NCBI RefSeq assembly: GCF_006345805.1
Contig: NC_043004.1
Span: forward strand, 81,716,001 to 81,780,000
DNA length: 64,000 bases
Direction of reading: 5' to 3'
Source of the DNA: Octopus sinensis
Lineage: Eukaryota
The translations under genes and the position numbers were made by a program. Every line of letters begins with the position of its first letter. The stretch's first letter is position 1. Under the pieces are notes generated by a model. That model made no database searches. It was not told the DNA's origin and saw nothing but the letters and a program-made list of their open reading frames with translations. Positions 1 through 13,372 of the stretch are shown in pieces.

Positions 1-170
1 CGACTACATCGATCCCAGTGCGTAACTGGTACTTTATTTATCGACCCCGAAAGGATGAAAGGCAAAGTCGACCTCGGCGGAATTTGAACTCAGAATGTAA
101 CGACAGACGAAATACCGCTACGCATTTCGCTCGGCGCGCTAACGTAAAGTTTCTGCCGACTCGCCGCCTT
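1..170 (-). mobile_element. tRNA-derived SINE, family B (head ggcggcgagctggcagaaacgttagcacgcc)
   Basis: Reverse complement matches the plus-strand copies at 3300-3490 and 63445-63660; the family is multi-copy in this window. Confidence 0.85.
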
Positions 171-180
171 CATGATACAT

Positions 181-252
181 AAAAGCATGATTAACCGATC
201 TTCCTGTGTTTTCTTTTACCCAAAGCCAGGAACTTTTCAGCACCTTCTCGTA
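181..252 (-). mobile_element. Mariner-like terminal fragment
   Basis: Reverse complement starts TA-CGAGAAGGTGCTGAAAAGTTCCTGGC, resembling a mariner TIR start (TACGAGGG...AAAAGTT). Confidence 0.55.
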
Positions 253-299
253 TATCTTCTGTTCTACGAAGTAATTTTTAGCTGAAAGAAACTCAGTGT

Positions 300-500
300 T
301 GAAAAGGTTCTGAAAGAGAAGGAAACCAATTTCAGAAGTAAAAAGATTGTGTTGATTAAATCATTACAGACTGATTTAGTTAAACGTGCCCATAATGATT
401 CAATATCAACTTGGTAAGGCTCAGAACACATCTGTTAATGTATTGCTGGCTGATTTCTATTGCTAGGAATAATTGTTCCCATCATCTTCCAAATGATCGG
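300..500 (+). pseudogene. Possible decayed Ty3/Gypsy integrase zinc-binding region
   Basis: Frame reads KIVLIKSLQTDLVKRAHND, resembling the IVIPxSLxxxVLxxAH motif; stops follow. Confidence 0.3.
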
Positions 501-704
501 GTGATGTTTATCACTGAGGTGGCTTATTCAACCCGAAGCACCGTTGTCTGATTGTTCACTGACGTCATTAGAAGAGAGCGTGTTGTTTACGATAGATCGC
601 CTGTAAGGAGAAGTCGTGATCTGAGAGGAAAATCTAACAGCGGAAAGCCATGTTAATGATCAAATGTGTAGTAAGGTACTAAAAATGTATTCACGATATC
701 ACGG

Positions 705-900
705 TATCGACCAGATTGTCGGATGTTGTTCTACATCACTGGTCACATTGCGCTTTGTATTGTTTTAGCTTTCGATTGATACACCCCGCTAGCTCGGCGA
801 GCAGGCCAGCATCCCGCCAGATTGGAAGACTAGTCCGCTGAAAGGTGACCCATTTCCAGCTGAGTGGACTGGGGCAACATGAAATGAAGTGTTTTGCTCA
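705..900 (-). mobile_element. SINE family C fragment
   Basis: Matches the reverse complement of 52674-52948 (ggatgttgtt..catc.ctggtcaca..; gcgagcaggcc) and 8131-8285 (gagtggac..gcaac.tg..tgttttgctca). Confidence 0.7.
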
Positions 901-939
901 ACGTGTTGCCCAAACTTCTAACATGCATGAAGAGGTCTT

Positions 940-1330
940 AGGTTAGGTCACGGAGTCAGTGAACCTATTAAGGTGAAGTCTGGTGTTATTCAAGGAGGAA
1001 TGCTATCTCCCCTAATTTTTCAGTTGAAGATTGATTATAAATAAGATGGAGTAAGTTTTGCAGGGAAGAGTTTTTGAAACACAATAGACGGATGATATCA
1101 CGCTAAACAATCTAGATTGTCCTGACGATGGGGAAAATTACAGGAATAACAGAAGAAATTCTGCTAGTATTAAATATTCTAATATGGCAGGGAAGCAAGG
1201 TTGATCTGGCTATGAAATATTCAAAGACCGTAATGATGAAAATAGATTATTCAAATCAATACAATCGTAGCATCGAAAAAGAAATAATAAAGATTATTGA
1301 TTACTTGAAATTAATTGGGGGCTATGGTTG
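940..1330 (+). pseudogene. Decayed non-LTR retrotransposon reverse transcriptase fragment
   Basis: EPIKVKSGVIQGGMLSPLIF (GVxQG..LSP.LF motif), followed by LNNLDCPDD (YADD-like); frameshifts and stops. Confidence 0.75.
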
Positions 1331-1499
1331 CAAGTATTGGCTCACTTGGTTTCGAGTTTAGGGAAAGAATTAAAATGAAGCGAAACAAATCTGAGCATGT
1401 TAAAATTTATGACAGTCCGATCTTCTCTTGACATAAACGAAAATACAAATTCATGACTTTCGTAAAATCATTATTACTTTATGGATATCGACCTTGGTG

Positions 1500-2983
<1,484 letters not shown>

Positions 2984-3077
2984 TATATATATATATATTT
3001 GTGTGTGTGTGTGTGAGCAACCTAAGTAGTAGATATACGAACAGGGTTAATTTAGCTATTTCTGCGTAGATTTAATA

Positions 3078-3267
3078 TATTCTTTTCTACTCTCGGCACA
3101 GGGCCCGAAATTTTTGGGGAGGGGGACAGTCGATTAGATCGACCCCAGTACACAACTGGTACTTAATTTATCGACCCCGAAAGGATGAAAGACAAAGTCA
3201 ACCTCGGCGGAATTTGAACTCAGAAATATCGTTAAGCATTTCGCCCGGTGTGCTAACGTTTCTGCCT
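3078..3267 (-). mobile_element. SINE family B
   Basis: Reverse complement of the family B sequence. Confidence 0.85.
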
Positions 3268-3299
3268 TGTAGGTACAATATATTATTAGGCGTTTGTCT

Positions 3300-3490
3300 A
3301 AGGCGGCGAGCTGGCAGAAATGTTAGCACGCCGGGCGAAATGCTTAGCGATATTTTGTCTGCCACTACGTTCTGTGTTCAAATTTCGCCACGGTCGACTT
3401 CGCCTTTCATCCTTTCGGGATCGATAAATTAAGTACCAGTGAAACACTGGGGTCGATGTAATCAACTATCCCCTTCCCTATAAACTTCAG
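3300..3490 (+). mobile_element. SINE family B
   Basis: aaggcggcgagctggcagaa...ttcaaatttcgcc...ttcgggatcgataaattaagtacc. Confidence 0.85.
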
Positions 3491-3769
3491 ATTATTACGC
3501 GCATATCTGTACAAATATCTGCCATATGTGTGTATATATGCATGTAAATGTGAGTGTGTGTGTGTGTATTTATATATTCATGTATATAAAGATGTGAATA
3601 TATACATAAATACATATATATATATATATACACACACATATAGGTATAAGTATATATATATATATGTGTGTGTATATATATATGTGTGTATATATATATA
3701 TGTATATGTGTGTGTATATATATATGCTTACAGACATATACACACATGATTATTTATTTACGAAGATAT

Positions 3770-4075
3770 CGACAACATTTAACAGTACTCCTATGGATGT
3801 GAGATATAATTGTTAACAGTTTTTGCTGTAACTTAGGACATAATACAGCGGTCTGAACAAGATATCATGTACAGTAGCTATGGACAGCAGAAAACATATT
3901 GATTCTTCAGCCACTGCAATAATTCACCGGTAGATCGCACAACATGAGTCATCTCTTTCCTGGGAGGTCATGTCACAGAGCATCTTGACAAAACTAAATA
4001 GATGTCGACTGATCTCAGTTAATCAAACCGTTTGAGTAGATTTTCATCGTTGGAAACACATTTGAGATCCACTGA
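3770..4075 (+). pseudogene. Decayed RTE-type LINE, C-terminal RT region
   Basis: VL(L)YGCE motif (gtactcctatggatgtgag), a W.GHV-like segment (ctgggaggtcatgtc) and an RW motif near 4048. Confidence 0.5.
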
Positions 4076-4080
4076 CATAT

Positions 4081-6968
4081 GGATCCAGTTGGAGAGCTGA
4101 CATAGGAATCTTGTTGGAAAGCTGACATAGAAATCCTGTTGGAGAGCTGACATAGGAATTCTGGTGGAGAGCTGACATAGGAATCTTATTGGATAGCTGA
4201 CTTTGCAATCCTGCTGAAGAGCTGATATAGGAATCTTGTTGGAGAGCTCACACAGGAATCCTGGTGGAAAGCTGACATTGGATCCCGTTGGAGAGCTTAC
4301 TTTGCAATCCTGTTGGAGAGCTGATATAGGAATCCTGTTGGAGAGCTGACATAGGAATCTTGCTGGAGAGCTGATATAGGAATCCTGTTGGAGAGCTGAT
4401 ATAGGAATCTTGTTGGGGAGCGGACACAGGAATCTTGTTGGAGAGCTGGTATAGGAATCCTTTCGGAGAGCTGATATAGGAATCCTGTTGGAGAGCTGAC
4501 ATAGGAACCTTGTTGGAGAGCTGATATAGGAATCCTGTTGGAGAGCTGACATAGGAATCTTGCTGGAGAGCTGATATAGGAATCCTGTTGGAGAGCTGAC
4601 ATAGGAATCTTGTTGGGGAGCTGACATAGGAATCTTGTTGGAGAGCTGGCATAGGAATCTTGCTGGAGAGCTGATATAGGAATCCTGGTGGAGAGCTGAT
4701 ATAAGAATCTTGTTGAGGAGCTGACATAGGAATCTTGTTGGAGAGCTGATATAGGAATCCTTTCGGAGAGCTGATATAGGAATCCTGTTTGAGAGCTGAC
4801 ATAGGAATCTTGTTGGAGAGCCGACATAGGAATCTTGTTGGAGAGCTGATATAGGAATCCTGTTGGAGAGCTAACATAGGAATCTTGTTGGAGAGCTGAC
4901 ATAGGAACCTTGTTGGAGAGCTGACATAGGAATCCTGTTGAAGAGCTGACATAGGAATCCTGTTGGAGAGCTGACATAGGAATCTTGTTGGAGAGCTGAC
5001 ATAGGAATCTTGTTGGAGAGCTGATATAGGAATCCTGTTGGAGAGCTGACATAGGAATCCTGGTGGAGAGCTGACATAGGAATCCTGTTGGAGCGCTGAC
5101 ATAGGAATCTTATTGGATAGCTGACTTTGCAATCCTGTTGAAGAGCTGATATAGGAATCTTGTTGGAGAGCTCACATAGAAATCCTGGTGGAGAACTGAC
5201 ATAGGATCCTGTGGGAGAGCTGACATAGGAATCCTGTTGGAGAGCTGATATAGGAATCCAGTTGGAGAGCTGACATAGGAATCTTGTTGGAGAGCTGACA
5301 TAGGAATCTTGTTGGAGAGCTGACATAGGAACCTTGTTGGAGAGCTGATATAGGAATCCTGTTGGAGAGCTGATATAGGAATCCTGTTGGAGAGCTGACA
5401 TAGGAATCTTGTTGGAGAGCTGATATAAGAATCCAGTTGGAGAGCTGATATAGGAATCCTGTTGGAGAGCTGATATAGGAATCCTGTTGGAGAGCTGATA
5501 TAGGAATCCTGTTGGAGAGCTGACATAGGAATCCTGTTGGTGAGCTGACATAGGAATCTTGCTGGAGAGCTGACATAGGAATCTTGTTGGAGAGCTGACA
5601 TAGGATCCTGTTGGAGAGTTGACTTTGCAATCCTGTTGGAGAGCTGGTATAGGAATCTTGCTGGAGAGCTGACATAGGAATCTTGTTGGAGAGCTGATAT
5701 AGGAATCCTGTTGGAGAGCTGACATACGAATCTTGTTGGAGAGCTGACATAGGAATCCTGTTGGAGAGCTGACAGAGGATCCTGTTGGAGAGCAGACATA
5801 GGAATCCTGTTGGAGAGCTGACATAGGAATCCTGTTGGAGAGCTGACATAGGAATCTTGTTGGAGAGCTGATATAGGAATCCTGTTGAAGAGCTGATATA
5901 GGATTATTGTTGGAGAGCTGACTTCGCAATCCAGTTGGAGAGCTGACATAGGAATCTTGATGGAGAGCTGATATAGGAATCCTGTTGAAGAGCTGATATA
6001 GGATTCTTGTTGGAGAGCTGACTTTGCAATCCTGTTGGAGAGCTGACATAGTAATCTTGATGGAGAGCTGATATAGGAATCTTGTTGGAGAGCTGATATA
6101 GGATCCTGTTTGAGAGCTGACATAGGATTCTGTAGGAGAGCTGACTTTGCAATCCTGTTGGAGAGCTGACATAAGTATCCTGTTGAAGTGCTGATACAGG
6201 AATCTTGTTGGAGAGCTGACATAGGAATCTTGTTGGGGAGCTGATATAAGAATCTTGTTGGAGGGCTGTTATAGGAATCTTGTTGGAGAGCTGATATAAG
6301 AATCTTGTTAGAGAGCTGACTTTGCAATCCTGTTGGAGAGCTGACATAGGAATCCTGTTGGAGAGCTGACATAGGAATCTTGTTGGAGAGCTGACATAGG
6401 AATCCTGTTGGAGAGCTGACATACGAATCATGCTGGAGAGCTGTCATAGGAATCCTGTTGGAGAGCTGACATAGGAATCTTGTTGGAGAGCTGACATAGG
6501 AATCCTGTTGGAGAGCTGACATACGAATCATGCTGGAGAGCTGACATAGGAATCCTGTTGGAGAGCTGACATAGGAATCTTGTTGGAGAGCTGACATAGG
6601 AATCCTGTTGGAGAGCTGACATAAGAATCATGCTGGAGAGCTGACATAGGAATCCTGTTGGAGAGCTGACATAGGAATCTTGTTGGAGAGCTGACATAGG
6701 AATCCTGTTGGAGAGCTGACATAGGAATCTTGCTGGAGAGCTGACATAGGAATCCTGTTGGAGAGCTGACATAAGAATCATGCTGGAGAGCTGACATAGG
6801 AATCTTGTTGGAGAGCTGACATAGGAATCCTGTTGGAGAGCTGACATAGGAATCTTGCTGGAGAGCTGACATAGGAATCCTGTTGGAGAGCTGACATAAG
6901 AATCATGCTGGAGAGCTGACATAGGATTCTTGTTGGAGAGCTGGCATAGGAGTCTTGTTGGAGAGCTT
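4081..6968. repeat. 25-bp minisatellite, about 115 units, consensus GGAATC(C/T)TGTTGGAGAGCTGA(C/T)ATA
   Basis: Directly visible; the 25-aa periodicity of the minus-strand ORFs equals 3 x 25 nt. Confidence 0.97.
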
Positions 6969-6989
6969 ACATACTGTAAACATGTCGGG

Positions 6990-7506
6990 TCTGTGATAGA
7001 CCTCAGAAAGGCTTCGATGACCGAAACATTTCACTTGGTAAGATCGAGGTGTTACACCCGAGCATTAGCTTGTATTATGCAGTTAAACTCCAGCTCTGTA
7101 CTGTTTGATTTTACAGCAAGAATCGTACATAGCCGTATTTTATCACCGTCATTATCCTTACACAATTCTGTAGCAACGTATGAGGAGGCATTCTGAAATC
7201 TCACCGAAGGTATATGAAGACAAGACTTGATGCTAATCTGTTTAAAAGGTCAAAATTTAAAACTGACAGTTAGTTATCCTATATCTTAGTAAAAGAAATG
7301 TTTTCTCACTGTTGTGTCTTTGTTACTGATAGTGCAGAGACTTTGTAGAGCCGAGTGGATGCTTTTGGTGGTGTGGCCTCAAAGTTCGTTTTAAATATTA
7401 ACACCCGGAAAGCTGGAATTGTTTGTCAGTCAAAGCTTCATGCAAGCCAAATGGCACAGCCTGAATCCGCCATCATCATCGTAGAGCAGAAGCAGCTAGA
7501 AGCAAA
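6990..7506 (+). pseudogene. Decayed RTE-type LINE RT fragment
   Basis: IDLRKA(F)D; G.Y.KTRLDANLF; SRVDAFGGVASKFVLNINTRKAGIVCQ, resembling RTE LxISxKKTEVM. Confidence 0.65.
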
Positions 7507-8130
7507 CTAAATAAGAATACCTGGGCATTCGGAAGGTTGGCAGTTTCGAAACCTTGGACTCGTAGGTCCGGTTACTCAGTTTCCTTGGCGTATATGTGTT
7601 CAAAACCATATGAGTCCTGGTGTATAAGTGACCAAGATCACATCAGCTAAATAAGATGACCTGGGCTTTAGGAATGTTGACAGTTTCGAACCCTTGGACC
7701 CACAGGTCCGGTTACTCGGTTTCCTTGGCGTAAAAGTGACCAAGACCACATCAGCCATGGCGTATAATGACCAAGATCACATCAACCCTGGCGTATAAGT
7801 GACCAAGATCACATCAGCCCTGGCGTATAAGTGACCAAGATCACATCAGCTAAATAAGATGACCTGGGCTTTAGGAATGTTGACAGTTTCGAATCCTTGG
7901 ACCCACAGGTCCGGTTACTCGGTTTCCTTGGCGTAAAAGTGACCAAGACCACATCAGCCCTGGCGTATAAGTGACCAAGATCACATCAGCCTTGGCGTAT
8001 AAGTGACCAAGATCACATCAGCTAAATAAGATGACCTGGGCTTTAGGAATGTTGACAGTTTCGAACCCTTGGACCCACAGGTCCGGTTATTCGGTTTCCT
8101 TGGCGTATAAGTGACCAAGGTTATATTAGC
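7507..8130. repeat. Nested tandem repeat: ~76-bp core plus 1-4 copies of a 32-bp subunit, 4 units
   Basis: Units start at 7507, 7647, 7850 and 8022 (ctaaataaga); subunit ccctggcgtataagtgaccaagatcacatcag. Confidence 0.9.
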
Positions 8131-8285
8131 CCTGGACGGGTCACCAGTCCGTTGTAGGTTTACTCATTCATCGCAGAGTGGACACGAGCAACGTGGAGCT
8201 GATTGTTTTGCTCAAGAACATAACGCATTAGCTTATATAGGAATCGGAGTGATGATCTAACGATCATGAGTGCAACACCCTTGGT
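8131..8285 (-). mobile_element. SINE family C fragment
   Basis: gagtggacacgagcaacgtggagctgattgttttgctcaagaacataacgca, similar to 860-900. Confidence 0.65.
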
Positions 8286-8435
8286 CGATTGCCAGCTCAG
8301 GTTGGCAGAAGAAGTGAGAAAGAAAACAAACACGTGAAGGTCCAAAGGAAATGCAAACTATGCCCAATAATAATTATGATGCACCCTACTTTATGGATCG
8401 GGTATATTAAGGATATATCCTTTCGCGTTCATTTA

Positions 8436-8917
8436 CAGTAATCCCTCGCCATATCGCGGTTCACCTATCGCGCACTCAGTATATCGCGGATTTTTCTGGC
8501 TGATATATGTAAATTTATATCGCGGACTCCTCAGTGTATCGCGGGTTTCTGCAGCCGAATGGTATTTATATTTTTTTTAGATTTTAATTATTTCTGTGAT
8601 AGAATAAGGATTTTTACGCCTAAAAATTAATAAATTAATGAATAAGAATAGAGTACAGTACTGCACTGTATAACACATTAATTAAAATGTATTAAAAGAA
8701 AATACGTAGAGTACCGTAGATGAGTTAACGTAGAGTACAGTTTGAGCACATATTGTATGGAAAACGAAAATTGGGAGGCGAGTGTGGGGTGTTGTTTTGC
8801 ATTTATAATAAAATAAATATGAATTATAAAAATTAAAAAAAATATGTACAGTACAGTATTGTTTCTACTTCGCAGATTTTCGCCTATCGTGAGAGGTTGA
8901 TAGTTGAGGGATTATTG
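8436..8917. mobile_element. Tigger/pogo-like non-autonomous DNA transposon
   Basis: Left end TA|CAGTAATCCCTCGCCATATCGCG, right end GATAGTTGAGGGATTATTG (imperfect TIR); internal tatcgcg repeats. Interrupts an RTE remnant (TLLYGS at ~8385; AGHVARFTDN at ~9025). Confidence 0.75.
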
Positions 8918-8949
8918 CATCTCATTTCGAAAATGATAAAAAAAAAATC

Positions 8950-9370
8950 AGAAATGTGATAAACTGAGAATAGAACTGAGTGAATGATGTGATCGCGGAT
9001 TACCGAAAGCACAAGTTCCACATGGCCGGACATGTAGCAAGGTTCACAGACAACAGTTGCTAAGCGGTCTTCAAGAAATAGGAAAAGGCCTCCATGATGA
9101 TGGGGAAACAATTTAGTTAAGCGATTTGGGTCAAGGTGGAAAAGAATGGCGCAATCAGAATAGAATTGGAAATGTATTGTGATCAGTGGTGTATAACAGC
9201 ATCTGATCATACTGTGATATTCTTTATATATCGTAAACAGGTATTAAGAAAACGAAACTTCATGCATACATGAGGAAATGCCTGAGGTGGATCATAAACA
9301 TCACATGTAAAGGCAAGGACAGGAGGAATGCTCTTTTGCTGAGGACGTCACGTGTCTTAACATGGAGGAA
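8950..9370 (+). pseudogene. RTE-type LINE C-terminal fragments
   Basis: HMAGHVARFTDN and YMRKCLRWIINIT motifs, with stops. Confidence 0.6.
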
Positions 9371-9414
9371 ATAATAATTCAACGAAACTTCAGTTGAGCT
9401 GGGTATCTTTTCGT

Positions 9415-9800
9415 TTTACTTCTTTAATTGTTTCAGCTTTTAGACAGCGGTCATGCAGGGGCACCGCCTTGAAGGGGTCCCCGGTATTAATTTTCATGTT
9501 TGATTCATATTCTATCGGTCTCTTTTGCCAAACTACTAAATAAACCAATACCGGTTGTCAAGCGATGGTGATGGATAAACACAAACGTAAAGACACACAC
9601 ACGCTAGCGCGCGTACGCGCACGCATACACACACACACACAGACGACGGGGTCTCACACAGTTTCCGCCAACCACAATCACTCACAAGGCACTGGTCGGC
9701 CCGTGTTTATTGTAGAAGACAGTTGCCCAAGGTGCCATACATTGGAATTGAAGTAGAAACCACGTGGTTGAAAAGCGAGGTTCTTAACCATACAGCCATG
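9415..9800 (-). mobile_element. SINE family A (tRNA-like head, internal microsatellite, tail)
   Basis: Reverse complement of the family seen at 13127-13551. Confidence 0.8.
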
Positions 9801-9989
9801 CCGAAGCTGGTATGTCTAAGGTATGTTTCAGGAGGAGAAGAAACTTGATTTCTCACCCAAATACTGTAGCTGGGGTGTTGGGGTATGAGATGTGAGTATC
9901 GAACTCGAATGAGATGGAAGGATGTTGTTAACCCTTTTCTTCTCCTCTGAATCACATGTGATACGAAGGACATATTTTCCTGGCCTGCA

Positions 9990-10271
9990 TGCATCATACA
10001 TGACAAATACATCATACATGACACATACATCATACATGCATCATACATACATCATACATACATACATCATACATACATACATACATACATCATACATACA
10101 TACATCATCATACATACATATATACATACATACATACATACATACATACATACATACATACATACATACATACATACATACATCATACATACATACATAC
10201 ATACATCATCATACATACATACATACATACATACATACATACATACATACATACATACATACATACATACA

Positions 10272-10305
<34 letters not shown>

Positions 10306-10345
10306 CATACATCATACATGACACATACATCATACATGACACACA
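9990..10345. repeat. (CATA)n microsatellite with CATCATA variants
   Basis: Directly visible. Confidence 0.95.
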
Positions 10346-10547
10346 TTCCTCATTTAGTTTCGCAGAAATGTAATCTACGATGCTTAAAATATGTTAAACA
10401 TCTAAAGAAATTACTTTTGGCACGCAACTAGATAATTTCTGACTAATTTTCTTTAAGAAGGCCCCAGATTTGGCTGCTATTTCAAGCAGATCGAAAGACT
10501 ACATAGAAAAGCTACCCTATTGCAGGATCGTAACGTACAATGCTTAA

Positions 10548-10787
10548 CATTTTGCCCGTCCCGTGACTCATATCTGATACACAGAACATATTGCCCGGGC
10601 GTCCATGCATTTGATATGATACGCATTTACTGATTTATTCTTCAACCACCAGAGTAAGTTGGGAATAATGAAAGGAAAGCTTTTTATTATTATTCAGAGC
10701 GTATGAAACGAGGATTAACTAAAAGTCTGGAGACAAGGAGGGACATTTAAGGAGAAACTTACGAAAATGTTTTGGACAGGGAAAGGG
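10548..10787. mobile_element. piggyBac-like MITE
   Basis: TTAA on both sides (10544-10547, 10788-10791); left end CATTTTGCCCGTCC versus right-end reverse complement CCCTTTCCCTGTCC (10/14). Confidence 0.55.
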
Positions 10788-10860
10788 TTAAAGTAAATCT
10801 AGAACATCCAGGTCGCCACAAAAGATGCAAACAGCTTCGTTTGCAGATGACATGAAAGGT

Positions 10861-11378
10861 CGCAACAACATGTTTAAAGTAAACACAGGATGCCTACACA
10901 AGATACAGACACCCTTATATACAGACACCCTTAATTACAGACAACCTTATTTACAGACACCCTTATTTACAGACACATCTTTCTTACCATTCTCTGCGCA
11001 ACTAAACCGATGCTACGTGGATGACTCAGAAATCCGGATTCACAACAACAGATTTAAAATAAATCCAGGATGCCTACATAAAATACAGACACCCTTATAA
11101 ACAGATACCCTTAATTACAGACACCCTTATATATACAGACACATCTTTTTACCATTCTCAGTACAACTAATCCGATGCCACATACACCAATAAGAATTCC
11201 GGATCCACAGCAACAGGTTTAATGTAAATCCAGGATGCCTTCACAAGATACAGACCCCTTATATACAGACCCCTTATATACAGACCCCTTATATACAGAC
11301 ACATATTTTTACCATTCTCTACGCAGCTAAACCGATGCTGCGTAGATCACTCAGAAATCCGTATCCACAGCGACAGAT
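10861..11378. repeat. Three ~160-180-bp tandem units with an internal ~17-bp tacagacacccttat subrepeat
   Basis: Units start near 10861, 11041 and 11205 (c.caacaaca..tttaa..taaa..caggatgcc). Confidence 0.85.
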
Positions 11379-11382
11379 TTAA

Positions 11383-11604
11383 TACTTTGTCCTGTGTATT
11401 CCATGTGACACACGGAACATATTGCTCTTGCATTCTTGCATCATAAATGATACACATTGCCAATTTTTTCTCCAATCGCTAGGAATTAGGTAAGGAAAGC
11501 TTTATATTATTCTATACGAATGAAACAAGGGCTGAGCTAAAAGGCTGAAAACACCGTTGGACATTTAGGGAAAACTTATGAAAATGGTTTGAAGAGCCAA
11601 AGGG
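11383..11604. mobile_element. Second, diverged copy of the piggyBac-like MITE
   Basis: Colinear similarity to 10548-10787 (gaacatattgc, ggaaagcttt.tattatt, ggacattta.g..aaactta.gaaaatg, aaaggg); TTAA at left. Confidence 0.5.
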
Positions 11605-11781
11605 TTTTATTGTATTTTGAGGCGAAAGGAAATCAATATTGGCAGCTGGATAACTGTAGCTGTGGTGGAGATCGATCGATTTTTGAAACACGACTAACGA
11701 CATTTCATAAGGACAGTGAGACTGAGCGTTGACTGAGGAAAGACAGCCTCAGAAGTTGTAATACATTCATACATATATATG

Positions 11782-11813
<32 letters not shown>

Positions 11814-11815
<2 letters not shown>

Positions 11816-11906
11816 CGAGGGACGTATGAAAAAACTTGAGCCTCAAAAAAAAAAATATATATGGTACAAGACTTCAAGGCTCAAAGCTTTTCATGCACCC
11901 CTTGTA
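11814..11906. mobile_element. 93-bp mariner-like miniature element
   Basis: tacgagggacgtatgaaaaaacttgagcct versus right-end reverse complement tacaaggggtgcatgaaaagctttgagcct; TA at the ends. Confidence 0.6.
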
Positions 11907-12049
11907 CATACATACAGACATGCGTATATACATAACATACATACATACAAATACATACGTTGTACGTATATATAATATATAAATACCCACCCGTTTGTGT
12001 ATGTATTTATATATATGTACTAAAGAATGTATGCATGTGTGTATATCTT

Positions 12050-12251
12050 TTCATTTTTTTATTCTTTTACTTGTTTCAGTCATTTGATTGCGGCCATGCT
12101 GGAGCACCGCTTTTAGTCGAACACAACGACCCCAGAACTTATTCTTTTGTAAGCCTAATACTTATTCTATCGGTCTCTTTAACCGAACCGCTAGGTTACA
12201 GGGACGTAAATATACCAACATCAGTTGCCGAGTGTGGTGGCGGGGACAATA

Positions 12252-12292
<41 letters not shown>

Positions 12293-12720
12293 ATATACAT
12301 ATATACATATACGACGGGTTTCTTTCAGTTTTCGTCTACCAAGTCCACTCACAAGGCTTTGGCCGGTCCGAGGCTATAGTAGAAGACACTTGTCCAAGGT
12401 ACCACGCAGTGGGACTGAACCCGAAATTATGTGGTTGGTAAGCAAGCTTCTTACCACATAGCCACTCTTTTACTCTTTTACTTGTTTCAGTCATTTGACT
12501 GCGGCCATGCTGGAGCACCGCCTTTAGTCGAGCAAATCAATCACGGGACTTATTCTTTGTAAGCCCAGTACTTATTCTATCGGTCTCTTTTGTCGAACCG
12601 CTTGGTGACGGGGACATAAACACACCAGTATCGGTTGTCAAGCAATGCTTGGGGGACAAACACAGACACACAAACATACACTATATAATATACATATATA
12701 TATTTACATACATGTCTATA
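12050..12720 (-). mobile_element. SINE family A, one full copy plus a tandem tail copy
   Basis: cttgtttcagtcatttga.tgcggccatgctggagcaccgc at 12069 and 12481; head at 12310-12465. Confidence 0.85.
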
Positions 12721-12798
12721 TGTATATATATATATGTATGTGAATGCGTATATATTTATCCGCATACATAAATTTGAGTCATATGTATATCACATAAA

Positions 12799-12872
<74 letters not shown>

Positions 12873-13126
12873 ACAGAGACACACACACACACACAGGGGT
12901 GGTGGAGCACTCCTACATATGTATAAATTTCATTTGTGCAATCATCACGATCTTTTCGTGACGGACATTTAAGATAACAATAACCGGCTCAATAACCTGG
13001 GTGTACATGACTTTTCTGATATACCAATTATTTTCATAACAATAACCATTTGTTAAAATTCTCCAGAATTACACTAAGCGATTAACATCGTATATGCATT
13101 CTATATTATATAGACAAATATATATT

Positions 13127-13312
13127 TAGGCGCAGGAGTGGCTGTGTGGTAAGTAGCTTGCTTACCAACCACATGGTTCCGGGTTCATTCCCACTGAGTG
13201 GCACCTTGGGCAAGTGTCTTCTACTATAGCCTCGGGCCGACCAAAGCCTTGTAAGTGGATTTGGTAGACGGAAACTGAAAGAAGCCCGTCGTATATATGT
13301 ATATGTATATGC

Positions 13313-13372
<60 letters not shown>

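Noticed and set aside
4019-6922. Long minus-strand ORFs (up to 495 aa, SALQQDSYVSSPT repeats)
   Set aside because: They result from a 25-bp unit with no stop codon on that strand; all three frames give the same cyclic peptide and no splice or start context stands out.
4081-8130. Regular repeats that could be mistaken for a CRISPR array
   Set aside because: Units are head-to-tail with no unique spacers, the DNA is eukaryotic, and there are no cas genes.
13127-13200. tRNA-like sequence
   Set aside because: It is a SINE head: it continues into the SINE body, is multi-copy and gives no complete cloverleaf.
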